A stretch of DNA of 64,000 nt from Raillietiella orientalis (Eukaryota): NCBI GenBank assembly GCA_036172245.1, contig JAYWIR010000004.1:4960001-5024000 (forward strand), written 5' to 3'. Below are positions 14,084 to 28,000 of this stretch, piece by piece. The translations under genes were made by a program, and so were the position numbers. How positions within the stretch are numbered: position 1 is the stretch's first letter; every line of letters begins with the position of its first letter. The notes beneath the pieces were generated by a model. That model saw nothing but the letters and a program-made list of their open reading frames with translations. It was not told the origin of the DNA and ran no database searches.

Positions 14084-14749
14084 TTCAACAAAGAGAAATA
14101 TTTTATTTCATCAGAATAGATCAAGTGATGTTTGGGGCATCAATTCAAATTGCATTCCAAAACAAAGCACGTATCTAGTAGGACAATCACTGTTCAACCA
14201 TTTCTTATATTGAAACAGTCATTCATTTGCTCTTTGGACCTGCATGGTGGCCACAAAGAAACAAGTGCTCCTCCACCACCATCAGGCATAATTACAGCCT
14301 TTTCTCTGAGTGTACTTCATCTACATTAAAGTTGACAATGAACATGCAAAAAACTAATGCAGATCTCTTTGTGTGCCAATATGTTCGTCAAACCACAAAT
14401 ATGGATAACCACAGGAGAAAGCAATTTTAAAATACTTCCTCTTTTGCTCAAACTGACCACATATTTTCATTCCACAGACGCGTCCTCTAGAGCATTATAT
14501 AAAAGTAAAGGCAGCTTAGTGGAAAGAAAATGCACTGCTTTCAAGCTTCGTAGCAGAGCATCAGTGAAACACTTCGATCAAAAATCAGGTAGCATATACA
14601 TTTCATATACACATCCTTCAATCTGTGATACATCAGATCCTCACTTTAATAATAATGACATGAATTGCTTCCTAAACTGCAATTGCTTCTTCTGTAACAT
14701 GTAGTGCTTTTGCGTGGAGATCATGCTGACTTTTCCCTGCAGGCACATC

Positions 14750-15560
14750 GAATGGATAGCAGTTATGCGCACATTTTTCAGTTATCCACTGTTTGATTTT
14801 GAACGATTCACTCAATCATGCTTGGTCCAGATAAGATCCAGAAAGCTATGATGCTGTTGCCCGTTGCATGCACACAGCCATAAGCAGAGGTAAAACAGAC
14901 TATAGAAATGGTCTTAATAAAGTTCCATAAGGTCATTTCATTTTCATGGGTATTACACACATGGCAAAACTTCTTTCTGTTCCATTTGTTTCCAATTGAA
15001 CCGATCTATGTACACATTTTGCAAGCAACTTCGCATCAAACAGCATCTCTCTGCATTCTCGAAATGATCTAACATGCTGAAAGCTTGCCCAAATGTGGGC
15101 ACAGCATGGTGTAATGAGCATTCCAACAAGTCAGTTTGTTTTGCATCTTTACTGGATCGATCGTTAATATTTTCAAGGCATCCACAATACAGCATTCATG
15201 AGAAAAATTCATCCGCATTCAGGCGCCAGCAAATTTCCGTGTTCGCCTCAAACACCTGCTTGAGAGCTTTTAACATCTTCCTGATTCATCTCTCTTTCAT
15301 CAAAAATTCTGGCCTATTCCTCATGTCTCCTAAAGTCGTCGAATGATCCATGGTCATGTGGAAAAATCATAAATCTGGAGTAATTTTTCGGCCGGAACCC
15401 AGTTGGGTGAGCAACAACTTTCAAGGAAATAGCATTTTCCGAAAAGGAAATTGTCAATGTATGCCATGTTGTTCTTGCCGGTCTCTCATCCTTCCACATG
15501 AACTGAACGTCCCTATCGAAATCCGATTAACCGGAAGAAGACTCAAATCTGGAACCATAC
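14750..15560 (-). mobile_element. Decayed hAT-family transposase core fragment
   Basis: Fragments NAISLKVVAH...FMIFPHDHGS and ITPCCAHIW...AKLLAKCVHRS resemble the hAT H.G and CxxH motifs, in the expected order. Multiple stops and frameshifts. Confidence 0.45.
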
Positions 15561-18500
15561 TTTTTGTCTGAACTCCGTTTCGACTAAGCAACCTGCGGTT
15601 AGCACCGGTCAGGGGTCCACTCGCAAGTGCTCGTGAAGAAATTCCTTCCTCATTACCGTCAAGATTTTCACACCGTGCTAGCAGCCAAATTGTGAGCAGA
15701 AGTGGCTCCAATGATTGCGAAATTTACCTTGAGCGACACGAGATTTACAAGTTTGCTAACAAGAAACTAACCAAAGTCGGACTGGCGCAAAGGGATTTGT
15801 GAAATATCCGAATTCGAGTTTCGAAAACCTCAGTTGTCCCTACAACCGATGCCGACTCCCCAGAACAGTAAAGACACGCCTGAACCATCAGTAATGCACC
15901 AACACGCTCGGTGTCCTTGTTAGGAAAGCATCGTGGATTTTCCCTAACTCTTAAATAAACACTAAAGCGAGTAGTTTTTCCGTCGAGTTACTCTGGTGTT
16001 CAACTTCCCGGACAGGAGTAGGAACCATCATAGGAAGAGCTGTACATAGGCGGTAGCAAGGAATGCCTCAATCCCCAGCAGATGCTTTCTTCATTCAGAA
16101 GTGCGAAAATATTGATCCTGATTTTTCGCCGGCTTCACAATTCCTATGACGATTCAATAAAGGGGAGACTCTATGGAATAGGAGCTACTCTTTGCGTTTC
16201 CCTCAAAAGCCTTGGGGATGCGCTCTCGCCGGAACCACCACGTGATTTCGCATACGCCACCTCAAATGAACGTGTGCTCTATGGAACCGCGTTCCACGAA
16301 AGCAGCGCAACGCAAACTCCCACATTCGCCTAATATGTGGAAGTGTTCACAACTGGACCCAGAAACAGGAGGATCTCTTCCAATGCACCTTCCATGCGTT
16401 CCGGGCTCACAGAGTGCACGGGCACGATTCAACTCAGGAGAGCGCTTCATTAACATTTGCTTGACTTCGAGCAAATAGAAATGAAAGGTCATGGAGTAAA
16501 TTGCCCATTACCATTAAGGCTTTCCACGTCACCTCACAGAGTACGTCTCTGTTACGACCATTGCGTTTTGATTTGAGGTCGAAGGCCGTCATTGCAAAAC
16601 ACAGCGCGGCTGTGGATGCCGATGAAAGACGGGCTCCATTCCTAAGAGGCAGAAGCTGATCCTGCAGTTACAGGAGCACTCCAAGAAAGGATTTTTCACA
16701 CGTTCGAATATCATGGAACAGCCGTCGTTGCAAGGGAAGTGCAATCGAAGAGCTGAAGTGTACGCAATATACCCGTACAATTTCAGACAGGTCGCTTCAG
16801 AACTTATTTCTTGCTTAAGAAAATGGAACTATGATAGAGAAGCGGTTTCGTGTAACGCAAAAGTTCCATCCCAACGTGAAATTTTCGAATGCTCTTTCCT
16901 GAAAAATAAATTCCGTTTCGAAAATTGTAAAGAAGAATAAAGAAAGAATGAACGCTGTTAATTTCGAATCGGCTGGCAGTTGTGTTTGTTTTCGTGTTCC
17001 TCATCTGGCGACAAATTTGACCACAGAGGAGGAGGCAGTTTAATCATTCCAATCTTGAATTTTTAAAAAAGAGAGCAAGCTTGGGTTTGAATACGCCCAT
17101 TCGGCTAGAAAACTGCCCACTTTCGAAGATGAGACCGCATGGAGAGCACGTCCGTTTGCTCCATTTTGACCAAGAAAGCAATGGCATGTCTGCCTAGTCG
17201 GAAAGATCAGTCTGTTCTCTCGTACCTCCGAATTCTTTCTTCCAGTCTCACATTATTCGTCAGAGTCACCACGACAAGGCTCTTTGCTCCAGTCGTATTT
17301 CCTTATCCAAATCATTAAGAATTTGTAATAAATTACAATCCAAGCGAAGTCTCTTTCCATACAACAGGACAAAAGTCCAACCCAGGAAAAATCTCTTTTG
17401 CCGTTATTTTCGTCTAGCGATGGGAAAGGCGCCTAATGCTTCTGCAAACTTAAAGCATCCAAACCAAAGTCACTGATCTTCAGAGCACTCCCTTTGTATT
17501 TTCACGAGAAAGTTTGCATGATCCGACGCATCCTCTCTGTTGGTCATAGAAGATTACTTTCGAAGAAGGGAAACCCGCCGAAAAGTTGCTGTGTGCAATC
17601 TCATGAGATGCTTCCTGGTATTCAAACCTCGTGTTCGGAAGGACATCTCAGACTGCTCTGTCTGGACGCGAAAGTGCGCTTCCACTGGCATTTCGAATTT
17701 CTACGCTTTATGGATGTCATTGGCATGTATTCCCGTTTAAACAGGAAAGCTTCTCATCAGCTTTGCCTTTCTTGCTCGTGAACTCTTTCGCGCTGAAAAT
17801 CCTGGTGGACGCCCGGCAATTGAGGTGCAAATCCTTTGCAGCATAAGACTCCGCTCCGAGAGATGGAATAAGGAATTAGAGAGAAAATTTAGCACATTCC
17901 TCTCTTATTTGTGCATCGGTTTGTTTCCACCTTTGAAGAGACGCAGTGCAACGAACACAACTCCAAGAAGGTCATATCAGGGTCTGATCGGTATGCCTGG
18001 AAATGGAGTCAGTCGAGCGTTTTCTTGTTTCGTGAAGCACCTGCTGCTAACACGAATTCCGCTTCTCTTCGCCTGATGCTGTGCAAACAGAAATCTGAAA
18101 GATCATCGAGGGAGAATTTTTAACCACCTCGAATCTCAATAAAATCAATGACTACGCCAAGATGATTAAGGGGATCCATCTAAGGAAGGGAAGGGAGTTA
18201 TTTCCTTGGCACGTCTGCTGTGAACTCACCGTTGGCAGAAATCAATCAGGACATGCCACTTCGCTTTTCAATCGTGTGCTCTTATCCGGCTGTAAGACAT
18301 CGAGCCCAGATGCCAAGCTGCGAAATTCTCTTCTCTTACGAACTGAGGTTGAGTTTGGTGACTCCGATCATCTCTCGGAATCAAGGTCGCCGGCGCACAC
18401 GAATAGAAGGATTCTTTAAACACGCTTGCTTATGCATTTGCCCCCCAACTGCCCCCGACTGGGGAACGGTTCTCGATCTTTCATTCCGTTCCTCATTATT

Positions 18501-19333
18501 CTTATGTATTAACCGGGAGCACGGCAGGACTGGGTCCCGTCTGGTGGAAGCAATTTTTGTCCTTCTTTGCCTCACCAGTCCTACAAATTTCTTCCTTCAG
18601 CGCATGAGACGAACTAATGCTGATAACTGAACGGTGTCACCGAAAACAGAAGAGGCCCTCCTCCAGCAATGCCTGTAGCTCATACCTCAGAGTTCCCCGA
18701 AACACCGATGTTCAAAACCAGAAGAAGATAAGCCGGCAGGTAACCATTCGGGAAGACTCTGCCGGTTAAACTCTCAAGGGAGTGGTCCAGAGAGGGTGCT
18801 TCAGAGTTCCGTAGGGGCGTACCGCCTTTCGAGAAGTACTTTTCCTAGGCTGCCACATAAGATCGGCCGCTTCATGTTCTCCGGAGATGTGGAGGAACCC
18901 AGATGAATCGTCATTTCTCCCCCCCAGAACTGTAGAGGAACTGCGACGAATTCTAGCTGTCTCCCTATACTTACCTGCCTTCGAGGTTTTAATTGTGATC
19001 AGATAGTGAATGTGGCTGAAATCACTATGAGAATTTTATTCCGGGGGAATTCTTTTTCTTTCATCGATAACTCCGTCGCAGCATCCCTTCCACCTCCATC
19101 TAGAGATGGGCACTCTTCTGCTGGTTGTTCCTCTCCCCTTCTCCTCCCGCGTCTCCACAAATCGGCACACCGCCACGTCTCTGTGGCAACCGCCGCCGTG
19201 GCTCCTGATCGTGGTGTGCCTGTCCATATGACGGAAATCCTTTTTGGGTTCTTTTCTGTCTTCGCTGTTTTCCTTCCAGTTTTTTTTTTTTTGGTTCGCT
19301 GCGTACCTCAAGAACCGTCGCAAACCTGGCGGC

Positions 19334-20065
19334 AGCTCTTTGACGCTGTTCCACGCCGACCGAGGGCGCGTGTGACTCTTCAAGATAGGTGGTACCCCCA
19401 GGAGGGGACCGCCCTATGAATCCAGGAAATGCTTCGTAGAAGCAAGTCCGTTCCTCTCACTCCTGGAGAGGGATCCTCGAAGTCTGATTGTCTCCGAAGG
19501 CAAACCCCGGAGGGAATCTCCTTCCTTATCGCTCCGGAGGGACTCCCGGAGGAGTCCGCTTTATTTTTCTTGTCCGGGAGGAGGACCCCCCCTCAGCAAG
19601 AGAACCTCTCCTGCTTTCCCTCCTCTGAAGAGAACCTCGAAGGGACGCTTCCGGATTATTTTTCTCAGAAGGATGCTCCCCGAAGGGCGAGGCGCACTTC
19701 TCTACACTCTCTGGAGAGGCATCGTCAATCCACCAGCTCCACGGTACGAGGCGGAGGGTCCATCCACGAGGGGGGAGGGAGGGACGGCTCTTTTGCACAA
19801 CCGAAGGGGAGCCCCCACTCCTTGGTCCCCGGGAGGACGCCGGAGGGTCGACTCCCCAGCCCGGCCACTCATCGGGGACATCCGGGGGCTTGAACCGCTA
19901 CCTGTGCCGCAGCCGAACGAATGTAGGCCAAGCAGAGTCATCTTGTGGGGGGGACTCGAACCTACGACGCACCCCCCATCTCTCGGCGTCGATTCTTTCC
20001 GAGTGTTCGCACCCGCGACGCTTGGTGGTGCCACGCGCGGATACCGCAACCACGTGGTCTCCGAC
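19334..20065 (-). mobile_element. tRNA-headed structured SINE-like element, copy A (full length)
   Basis: ~99% identical to 29270-30001 (about 8 substitutions over the shared ~720 nt core, by eye). The minus strand starts GTCGGAGACCACGTGGTTG...GGGTGCGAAC, with a further GGTTCGAGTCC B-box-like motif downstream. Many short GC hairpins. Confidence 0.8.
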
Positions 20066-20849
20066 ACGGGCAGGCAGGACGGAGCACTTGAGCCCGTGCG
20101 GTCTTCCAATGCCGGGGCCGAAACCTGCTTTCCGGTCCCGGGAAAGGGTCCCAATCCAAGTGCGAGAACGAGGAGCAGGGCACGCGCTATCGCGATAGAC
20201 CTCTCAAAAAAAAAATCTCTTCTATTTTTTGGACCGCTCTCGGCGAGGTGTACACGTTCCGGAGCACCTGCCCCTCTGCGATCCTCTGTGAGCAGTTTCA
20301 TTATCACTTCAAGTTGTGGTCGGAAAGGCTACGGCAGGAAGAAGTAAGTGGATGTTCGTAGTCTTCCCTCGCGGGGGATGGTCCAGCTGCTAGGGAGCTG
20401 CAACCGGCGCTCCCCTCCGATCACCGCCACGAAGACCTCGACGGAGCACGGGCGGAAATAAGTGGAAGTGGCGGAATCCCTCAGAGAAATCACCAGTCTC
20501 ACGTGATGGTCCAGAGGTTCTGAATTCCAAAATCAAGGTGCATCCGCAATGGTGGTGGCCCGCGGTCCTTGAATCCCAGAGACGTGCACGCAACAGCGGC
20601 GACCGTCCGCAGCGCTGCTCGTGGGCGTTCGAGAGCCCGCGTGCGCCTGCGCGAGTGCGCGAGTCCCGCGCACCTTCATGCGCGACCGGGCCTCTTTCGA
20701 GCTGGGATTCCCCTCTGCACATTTGTCGCACTTGGCAAACCTGATTCGTCCGGGTCACGTGCTTCGGGAGCTTGCCTAACAATGAACAAGATGGTGCCAG
20801 CATCCCCTTTGCTGTCCGGATCTCCATCCATCCTGCATAAGCATCACCC

Positions 20850-21200
20850 GCAAGGCCGCAAGGGACGAGGGGCTCCCGAGATGCCATTGAGGTTTGCTGT
20901 GCAAGAAGCAAGGCGGCTCCTTCCTAGTGCCTCCGAACATCAGCAGCTGCTGAAAGCGTGGCTCTCGGTTCGCGACGAGAACGCGTCGTGAGCCAAGATG
21001 GACGTTCCAAAGAGGCCGTTCTTGAGGCCGACTGCCCGAAAATGCTCTGCCATCTCTTTTGTCAAGATTGCCAGTGGATCTCTTGGAACAGAAAGCAAAT
21101 GCCATTCGGTGTGAGTTGGAGCGCTTGTAACAGAGATCAACAGAGGGTTGAATCTGGACATCTATCAATAAGAAAAGGACCTGTCCAGACGTAGAGCCTT
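20850..21200 (-). mobile_element. Decayed hAT transposase C-terminal dimerisation-like region
   Basis: Reads LSVPRDPLAILTKEMAEHF...SILAHDAFSSRTESHAFSSC*...GRSRL, resembling the hAT pattern DPL.FW....FP.L...IL..P.SS..SER.FS.....R.RL. Confidence 0.4.
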
Positions 21201-21984
21201 CGGTAAGTCTCCGCAGACTATTTGACACGGAGGACTGAAACGGTCAAGAAGAATGACGATGACGAGCACCGCAGCAGCGATCTGAAACAGAGACATCCCT
21301 CGGCTAGCTCGTTCTTGCGCAGTGGGGCGAACGCTTGTGACTTGTGATGGTGGGACTGACCAGCACGAACGGTAAGGGGGGAACCTGGCGAGGTGGCGGG
21401 GAAGTCCGATCCTCGTTCCGACCGCGCCAGCCTGCAGCTTCCAGCATCTGGAATCGGACGCCCGCATCTTTTTCCAAGGCCGCTTCCGTGATGTTAAGCC
21501 ATAGCAGCTTGGAACTTCAGAAGGCAAATTCTAACAGAAAGGAATCCTCTTTCCGCAGCTGCCGTTCCTTAACCGCTCGAACGCGTTCGTTCCGGCCCTC
21601 CCGATCCACCCCGTGCATGTGGACACGAGTCATGTGGAAAACACCCGCATTCAATGCGAGGTCACGTTCGGTGCACACGCCTTGAGAAAAGTGGAAAAAC
21701 TCGCGAACCTCAAGTTCGTTCCCTGGCTGAATGCAGAGTTAGATAGAACTCATCATCTCCTTGGAGGTATCACCACGTCAGTCTCTCAAGATCGTCCTTA
21801 GCGAGAACGATGCTTTTTCATACCAAAGAAACGCACCCTCCTATCTCTGGAGCGAATCGTGAAATTATTGCATGACGCTTAGAGCATGTTTTTGCGTCTT
21901 TGTATGTTGTTGTGAGCAGAAGAATAAAGCTAGGAGGAGCGTCGATTTGAGTATTGATGTGTCAACTTGTGAAAACGACCGTCC

Positions 21985-21990
21985 TTTATT
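21985..21990 (-). promoter_or_regulatory. AATAAA polyadenylation signal of the vitellogenin-like gene
   Basis: Plus-strand tttatt, 24 nt downstream of the predicted TGA at 22016-22014. Confidence 0.7.
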
Positions 21991-22013
21991 GCCCGGGGAA
22001 GGCGTTCTTTTCA

Positions 22014-25000
22014 TCAACAGGAAGACTTCAATATCCACTGCTCGTTCACAGTACTGGCCGACTTCAACTGCGTTTTCGTAGGAGCATGGAGGTGCTCCCA
22101 TTCGTGACTTGGAGGTGAGATGGTCTCCGAGAATCCACCTGAAGTTACACAAGAAGTGCATCGGGATTTGCATTGATTAAGAAATATTCAGCAGAAGTAG
22201 GAAACGATCTGGCTCACTTCGACGCGCCCGTTGGGATGCAAGACGATCTACAACTTGAGTTTGTTCCGGATGAAACATTCGGAAACCAAGAAATGTTTGG
22301 CCATCGTCTGGCTGGACCTACGGGCAATCCGGAGATGGCCAAAGAGAATCACATGCATGTAGATGCCATTACGTGAGTTTGCTTAAACAAGAGCGGGGCC
22401 AGCGGTCGGTGGAGATAGCAAACACATCGATACCACGTGGATTTCCTGTTTACTATCACAATAGTAACCCTGAAATCGTATCACGAACACCTGCCGTGTT
22501 CCTCTTTCTGGGGACTTTTGGATTTTGCACCTACAGAAGAGTCGTTCCTGGTCTATCCCCATCGGAACCGATGTGTGAATCATGCGGACTTTACAAGAGA
22601 ACGCAATCCCGTAGGATGTTCCGTGTGCTGTGTCGTTGACTGGCTCACTTTATGAGCCCCGGAAATTTTAAGTGAGGAACCCCAAGAATTGGTCTGAATG
22701 AAACAAGAGTAAACAAAAGGGAAAGAAGTACTTGGGATTTTCCTCAACAGGAAGACTTCAATGTCCACTGCTCGTTCACGGTGCTGGTCGACTTCCCTTC
22801 CTGCTCTTTCGTAGAGGCATGGAGGTACTCCCATTCATGAAAAATGAAAGAATGCAAGAGGGCATCAAACCTGAGGTCATCATTCGCTGTCAAATATGAG
22901 TATGGGAGCGAAAGGGAAAGTTGCTCACAATGCTCATGGGAATGGAGGTGCTTTCAAAATATTTGAGGTGAGGAAATCAAATGAAGAGAAGAGACTGTAG
23001 AGTGAACATTTCGCCATGCAAGGGAGGTAAGATGCGTTCAGACACGTTACCGACATGTCATGGATCGTTCCGCTGATGCAACCATAAATCATTACAAAAC
23101 ACACGCAGCACAAATGTTGCCATGGAACCAGGAACCATTTTTCTTCGTTTCCTAAACATTTTTCATTGCACTTCGTAAGAGAGAGGACGTCAGAAAGAGC
23201 TCCACTTGTTGAACGGTTTTGTTTGAAATTCCACGGGATGTTAAAGGTGATTCCTCATTTCTTAAGGACATTCTTCAGCTAGGTAGCGTAAAAGCCAGCC
23301 AGCCATGTTTCATTGGTGATTTATAAGCAAACAGTGGACATTGAAGAAGTAATGCACCGGAAACTGAGGCGTGTGGTAAGGATGAACTGAGCGTTCTCCT
23401 GAGGTGCTCTTGAGAAAAGTTTCGAGCCAATTTTTCGATCCGACTTTTCAAACTCAGGGGGATTTGCTCCATTGCTACGATCAACGGAGTGCATCGTTCA
23501 GGTCGAAAAAAAACGCATGCAACCATTTCTGGGACTTGCCGCCAAGTCTTACAGTTCACGAGAACTGTTATCTGTTGATCCTGATGATTCTGCAGAGAAC
23601 TCTGTGAGATCATTTTTCCAAGTTCTGTCGTGAAGAGGATCGCCAGGACCAGACGAGAGATGTAGGCATAACGACACGACCTTTTGCACGAAACACATCC
23701 ATAACATTGAAAAATCCTATGCGCTTCCCGAAAGCAAAAGCGCGGCAAATGGATGGGAGAATACAGAGTTTGCAACTCACTCGTTCGAAACACGCTCGAA
23801 ACAAACATTCTGGTTCAGCTACTGGTCACGACGACTCCTTGCTCCTCCAGCAAATATCGAATGCAACCCTACACTGCAACGTCATTTCCGCATGTCAATA
23901 GCGATCTGAGAGCATTCTCTTTCGGGAAAACTGGACAAGAAAAACGAGCCGCTGGCATCGTTGATCGCAAAATTTTTTTTTTTTTTTAGAAGCAGGGAAA
24001 TGAAGCAAAGATGCTGAAAGGCAGATTCACCTGAGTAATCTCCGCAGAGTCCACAGTGGGTGCCTGTGTGTCTGGCGTCCACTCCCACGTTCAGGAACGA
24101 TCCATCGAATATCACGAATACCCCGTGGTTCCATATCGACTTGATGAGATAGATGCTGTTGAATTGCCATATCCTTCAACGATCATTAGCACATCGTTGC
24201 CAGGTATTTCCTGTTGAATGCCATACCTGAAGATACAGTTGTGATCTTCCTTTTGGTAGCAAAACGGGATGTCCTCGTTCACAGAGACAGCTTTTCCATC
24301 GACGGTCAGTTGCAAAGAGCTTTCGTCGTCCGACGGTTTAATTTCAATCTTTATGAGATCAGAATCGAGTCTGCTCTTCCGCAGATGAACCGTAACCTCC
24401 TGAAAACGTGGAGGGGTGGATGCAAGATTCATAAGGGATGAACGCAAAGGAGAAATGAGAGGACGTAGAAGAAGAACGTAGAAGAGAGGGTCGGAGTCAC
24501 CCTCGCGCTTACGAGTGCTTGGCTATCTATTCTGGAGCGACGAGCAAGAACGGTGAAAGTTGCCGCATCTGAGCATTCTCTGCTAATCACAGTGGAGCAG
24601 TGTGACAGGTTGTTGGCTACCGCGTATCCTTGGATGAGGCGCACGTACTCCGACGTAACCTGGCACGTACCTAGGCAACCAGTGCTTCCGTTCCGGCTGT
24701 GACTGTTCACTTACGAAGCATTCCAAGCTTTTCGAGCAAGAATTTCGTGTTCCACAGTTTATAGGAAGGCCGGAAAACGAAAGGCAGCTGCTTCAAAGGA
24801 ATGAAAGTGAAGACGTCGTCGAACAGCGAGCTCGAGAAGCGGTAAGACACCGTCTTGTTGGCCAAGGAGATCTTCCTGTCGACTGCCACGTGTCCTACTC
24901 CGGCTTCCTCGCGAACGGAACGGTTTTCTTCGATGTCGTGATAAGGCTTGAAGATGGACCGCAGCATGGAGAGCAAGTTGTGGTATGCCTTCTTCAGATC

Positions 25001-28000
25001 GAAGGGGAGCTACGGCAGTGCGATCCTTGCCAGGAGGCAGGTCTCAGATGCGGGATTGCTTACGTTCTCGTGCTGTATGTGCAACTTCGAGTGGGTGATC
25101 TGAGAGGCGTAGTAGGCCAAGTGGGTGCAAGCATAGGAGGAAGCGATGGAAGTCTTTGTGAGGGAGGTGACGGTGTCATGGCTGCAGAGTTTCCTTAGCA
25201 GGCCGATGTCTTCGATTCCCTCCGGATTTTCGTTGTAGATAGAGAGCAGGTGTTCCATAGGGATACTGTGGTTCTCCGTCACCTCTCGCAGGTTGAAACG
25301 GAGTCCCCATTCTTGCCTGGGCGAGTAATCCGCTTCCACCTGAGGATCGTTGGATACGTTTCTGTTAGTGTTTCCGTTTCCCCGAGGAGGATACTTCGAG
25401 AAGGAACGAGGTGCCAACTGAAAATACCTTCAAAGAGAGTGATCCTTCCCTTTCGGCGCACTGCCTTCCCCACACGATCAAGTATTCAGAAGTCTTCTTC
25501 CATTCTTTAGACCAAACGTCCAAACCAGTGAAACGCGGGAAGTCGATCCTTCCTTCCAGGCATGCCTGAAACGAACGCCGTGCTCAGTCGGCTGCTGCTG
25601 CCGCCTACGGTCGCGCACGCTGTGCTCCGACACGTGCTTGCTGCCCTCCTCTCGCTGAGCGGATGCGCACGCTGCGGCTGCCGGCGTGATGGTGCCGAGG
25701 CACGCCGCTCTCGAGAAGGAGCCAGGTCTTTTCATCCAGGGGAAACTCGGGTCTTCCAAAGATGGGTCGGAAACAAGGTCTCCGAGACCTTCCGCTGCCG
25801 TAGACGAGCCGGAAAACTGACTTCGAAAGTTCTCGAAGCTTCGCGAGAGCGAAGACATGGAACTCTTTTGCGGTTTCTGCACGGCAACTAAGCGGAAGGC
25901 GTGTCCGGAGGAAGAGGAGGATGTGGTGGAGTGCCGCAGCTGCATCCCATCTGCTAGAGTTCAGCAAGCTGGATGCGGAAACTGCACTTTTCCGAGAACA
26001 AGTTCCGATCCAGGTAGTGAGAGAGCCACTCCCAATGCACGTCGCTTCCGCTGGGAAGGCATTTTCACAGTTCCTCTCTAAGAGTCTCATTCGTGAGCTC
26101 ACCGTTCCTTGTAGGAGGACCTGTTGTCCTCTTATGAGGAACATAACTGTGAGCTTCCCGGTCCTCCCGCCAAGCGAGCAAAGGAAATGTTAGTTCCCTC
26201 CAGCGGATCTCCCTGTGACCGCGCAAAGTGTGGGGTCGTGTCGCAAATGCGCCAAGTGTCCGAGGGGCATGTTTCCTGACCAGAGGAACCCCGAAGCGCG
26301 GCTGTGTGGACTCAGAACTGGCCTTCACCTCTTGCCTTCCGTACAACGTCTTGCTGGAGAATTTGGCGTTGATGTCGTGATTAACGAGTGACAGTTGCTT
26401 GTATTCGATGCTGGCGTCGTATGAGCTCGTGCTTCCGTTGAGGTAGGTGATGGTGAAGCGAAAGCTATAGCTGTCAGTTCTATTCTGCAATTCAGGTTCC
26501 TTGAGGTGTGACATGCTGACGATTTCGAAAACCAGCTAAGAGTTTATGGAACATCTTACGCCCAGAAACAAATATTCCAATCTACCTCTTTGATTATATG
26601 CGTTTTCTTGATCGCCAGGTTGAGGTTCCCTTTATGTGGCTGCAAGGTGGCGTAGTTCGTGAGATGACGCTGCATGGAGACTAAAGTGTGGAACAGATTG
26701 TAGCTAAAAGAGCAAAGTGCTTAGAGGATTCTTCCCGGTGGAGCCAGGACTCACTCGTTGTGGGGAAGATTTTCGATGTAGAATTTGCGCCACACGTGCC
26801 CCCTCAGCTCATCATATGACCCGCGAGCGTAGCTGCAAGGTACTGAGACCACGTACTTCAGAGGGTGAACGATGTCAGTTTCAAAGTTGCACGTCAAATC
26901 CTGGGACCCAAGGAAGCGTCACTAGGAAACGGTTCCGGAGTTGGTCTTTACCAGTTCCGCGTTGACGTCCACGATGTGATTTGTAGGCACACTGCTTCCG
27001 CCGAAGTGTTCAGCATGGCCGAAATCGAATATTTTTTCCTCGCCGAGGTCGAAGAGCGAAGTGACGATGGAGGAATTGATGCCGAAGTACGTGGTGATAT
27101 CTGGTGAGAAGTGCTCCACTTCGGCAATTCAGGAAAGGACATGGCTCACCTTTGGACGGGTACACTACGATCCTACTAGGCAGATTGCTCTGTTTCTGAT
27201 TAATGAAGGAGATTGTCGACTCGAAAGGAATGGACAAAGCGGTGGTGGTAATTCTGCTGACACTGTGGAGTGCATCCACTATTGGGTTGTAGAAGGAGAA
27301 GCTCAGGCTCGAAAGAACTAACCCTCTGAAGGAAAACAGGATTCACATTGGAGGGCTGTGCCGGTACACACAAGCTAGAGATCGGCAACCAGGGTCACGT
27401 TTTTCTCACCACGGATTCCCGGTTGCTAGGCTCGGTCTCCTGCATTCGCGGGAGAGCCCACAGTGGAAGCACAAACGAACAGTAGAGGAAGGTGGGAGGC
27501 ATGGGCTCGAGACTGTGGGATAGAACGGAAACGAAGCGACGGATGGAGACATAAAGGGGTCATCCGGAAAGGTCGAGTGTACGAGGGGCGTTTTGCTGAA
27601 TTTGCAATTTAAAATTGAAGCAATTTTAATGTATTCATCTTTGTCGATAAAACCTATCTTAACGCTATTTTGAGAGTAGCTTGAGGCTGGTTTTCGTTTT
27701 CTCTTAACAAGATTATCGGTTTCATAAATTTGTAGAGTTCTAGCACCGTCGTGAGAGAATAACTGTTCTCAGTCAGTGTCACCGTATTGTGATTGATTAG
27801 AAAAATCTAAGGGAATACTACCAATTGAGTAATCAATCGGTTCGTGATTTTCTAACTGCGATAACATCTTTCCAGATGGTCTTCCCTCAGGAATACAAGA
27901 GTACGATGAAAATTAAAGGATGATGAGTAGGAGGGAATAAAAGATACGAGTGGTTTCGTGGAACCGGGATCGGATATAGAAGTTTGGGGCAGTTCCCGAC

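Noticed and set aside
19334..20065. Hammerhead or HDV-like ribozyme inside the repeat
   Set aside because: There is no CTGATGA...GAAA core (only CCGATGAG), and I could not build the HDV double pseudoknot by eye. A covariance-model search is needed.
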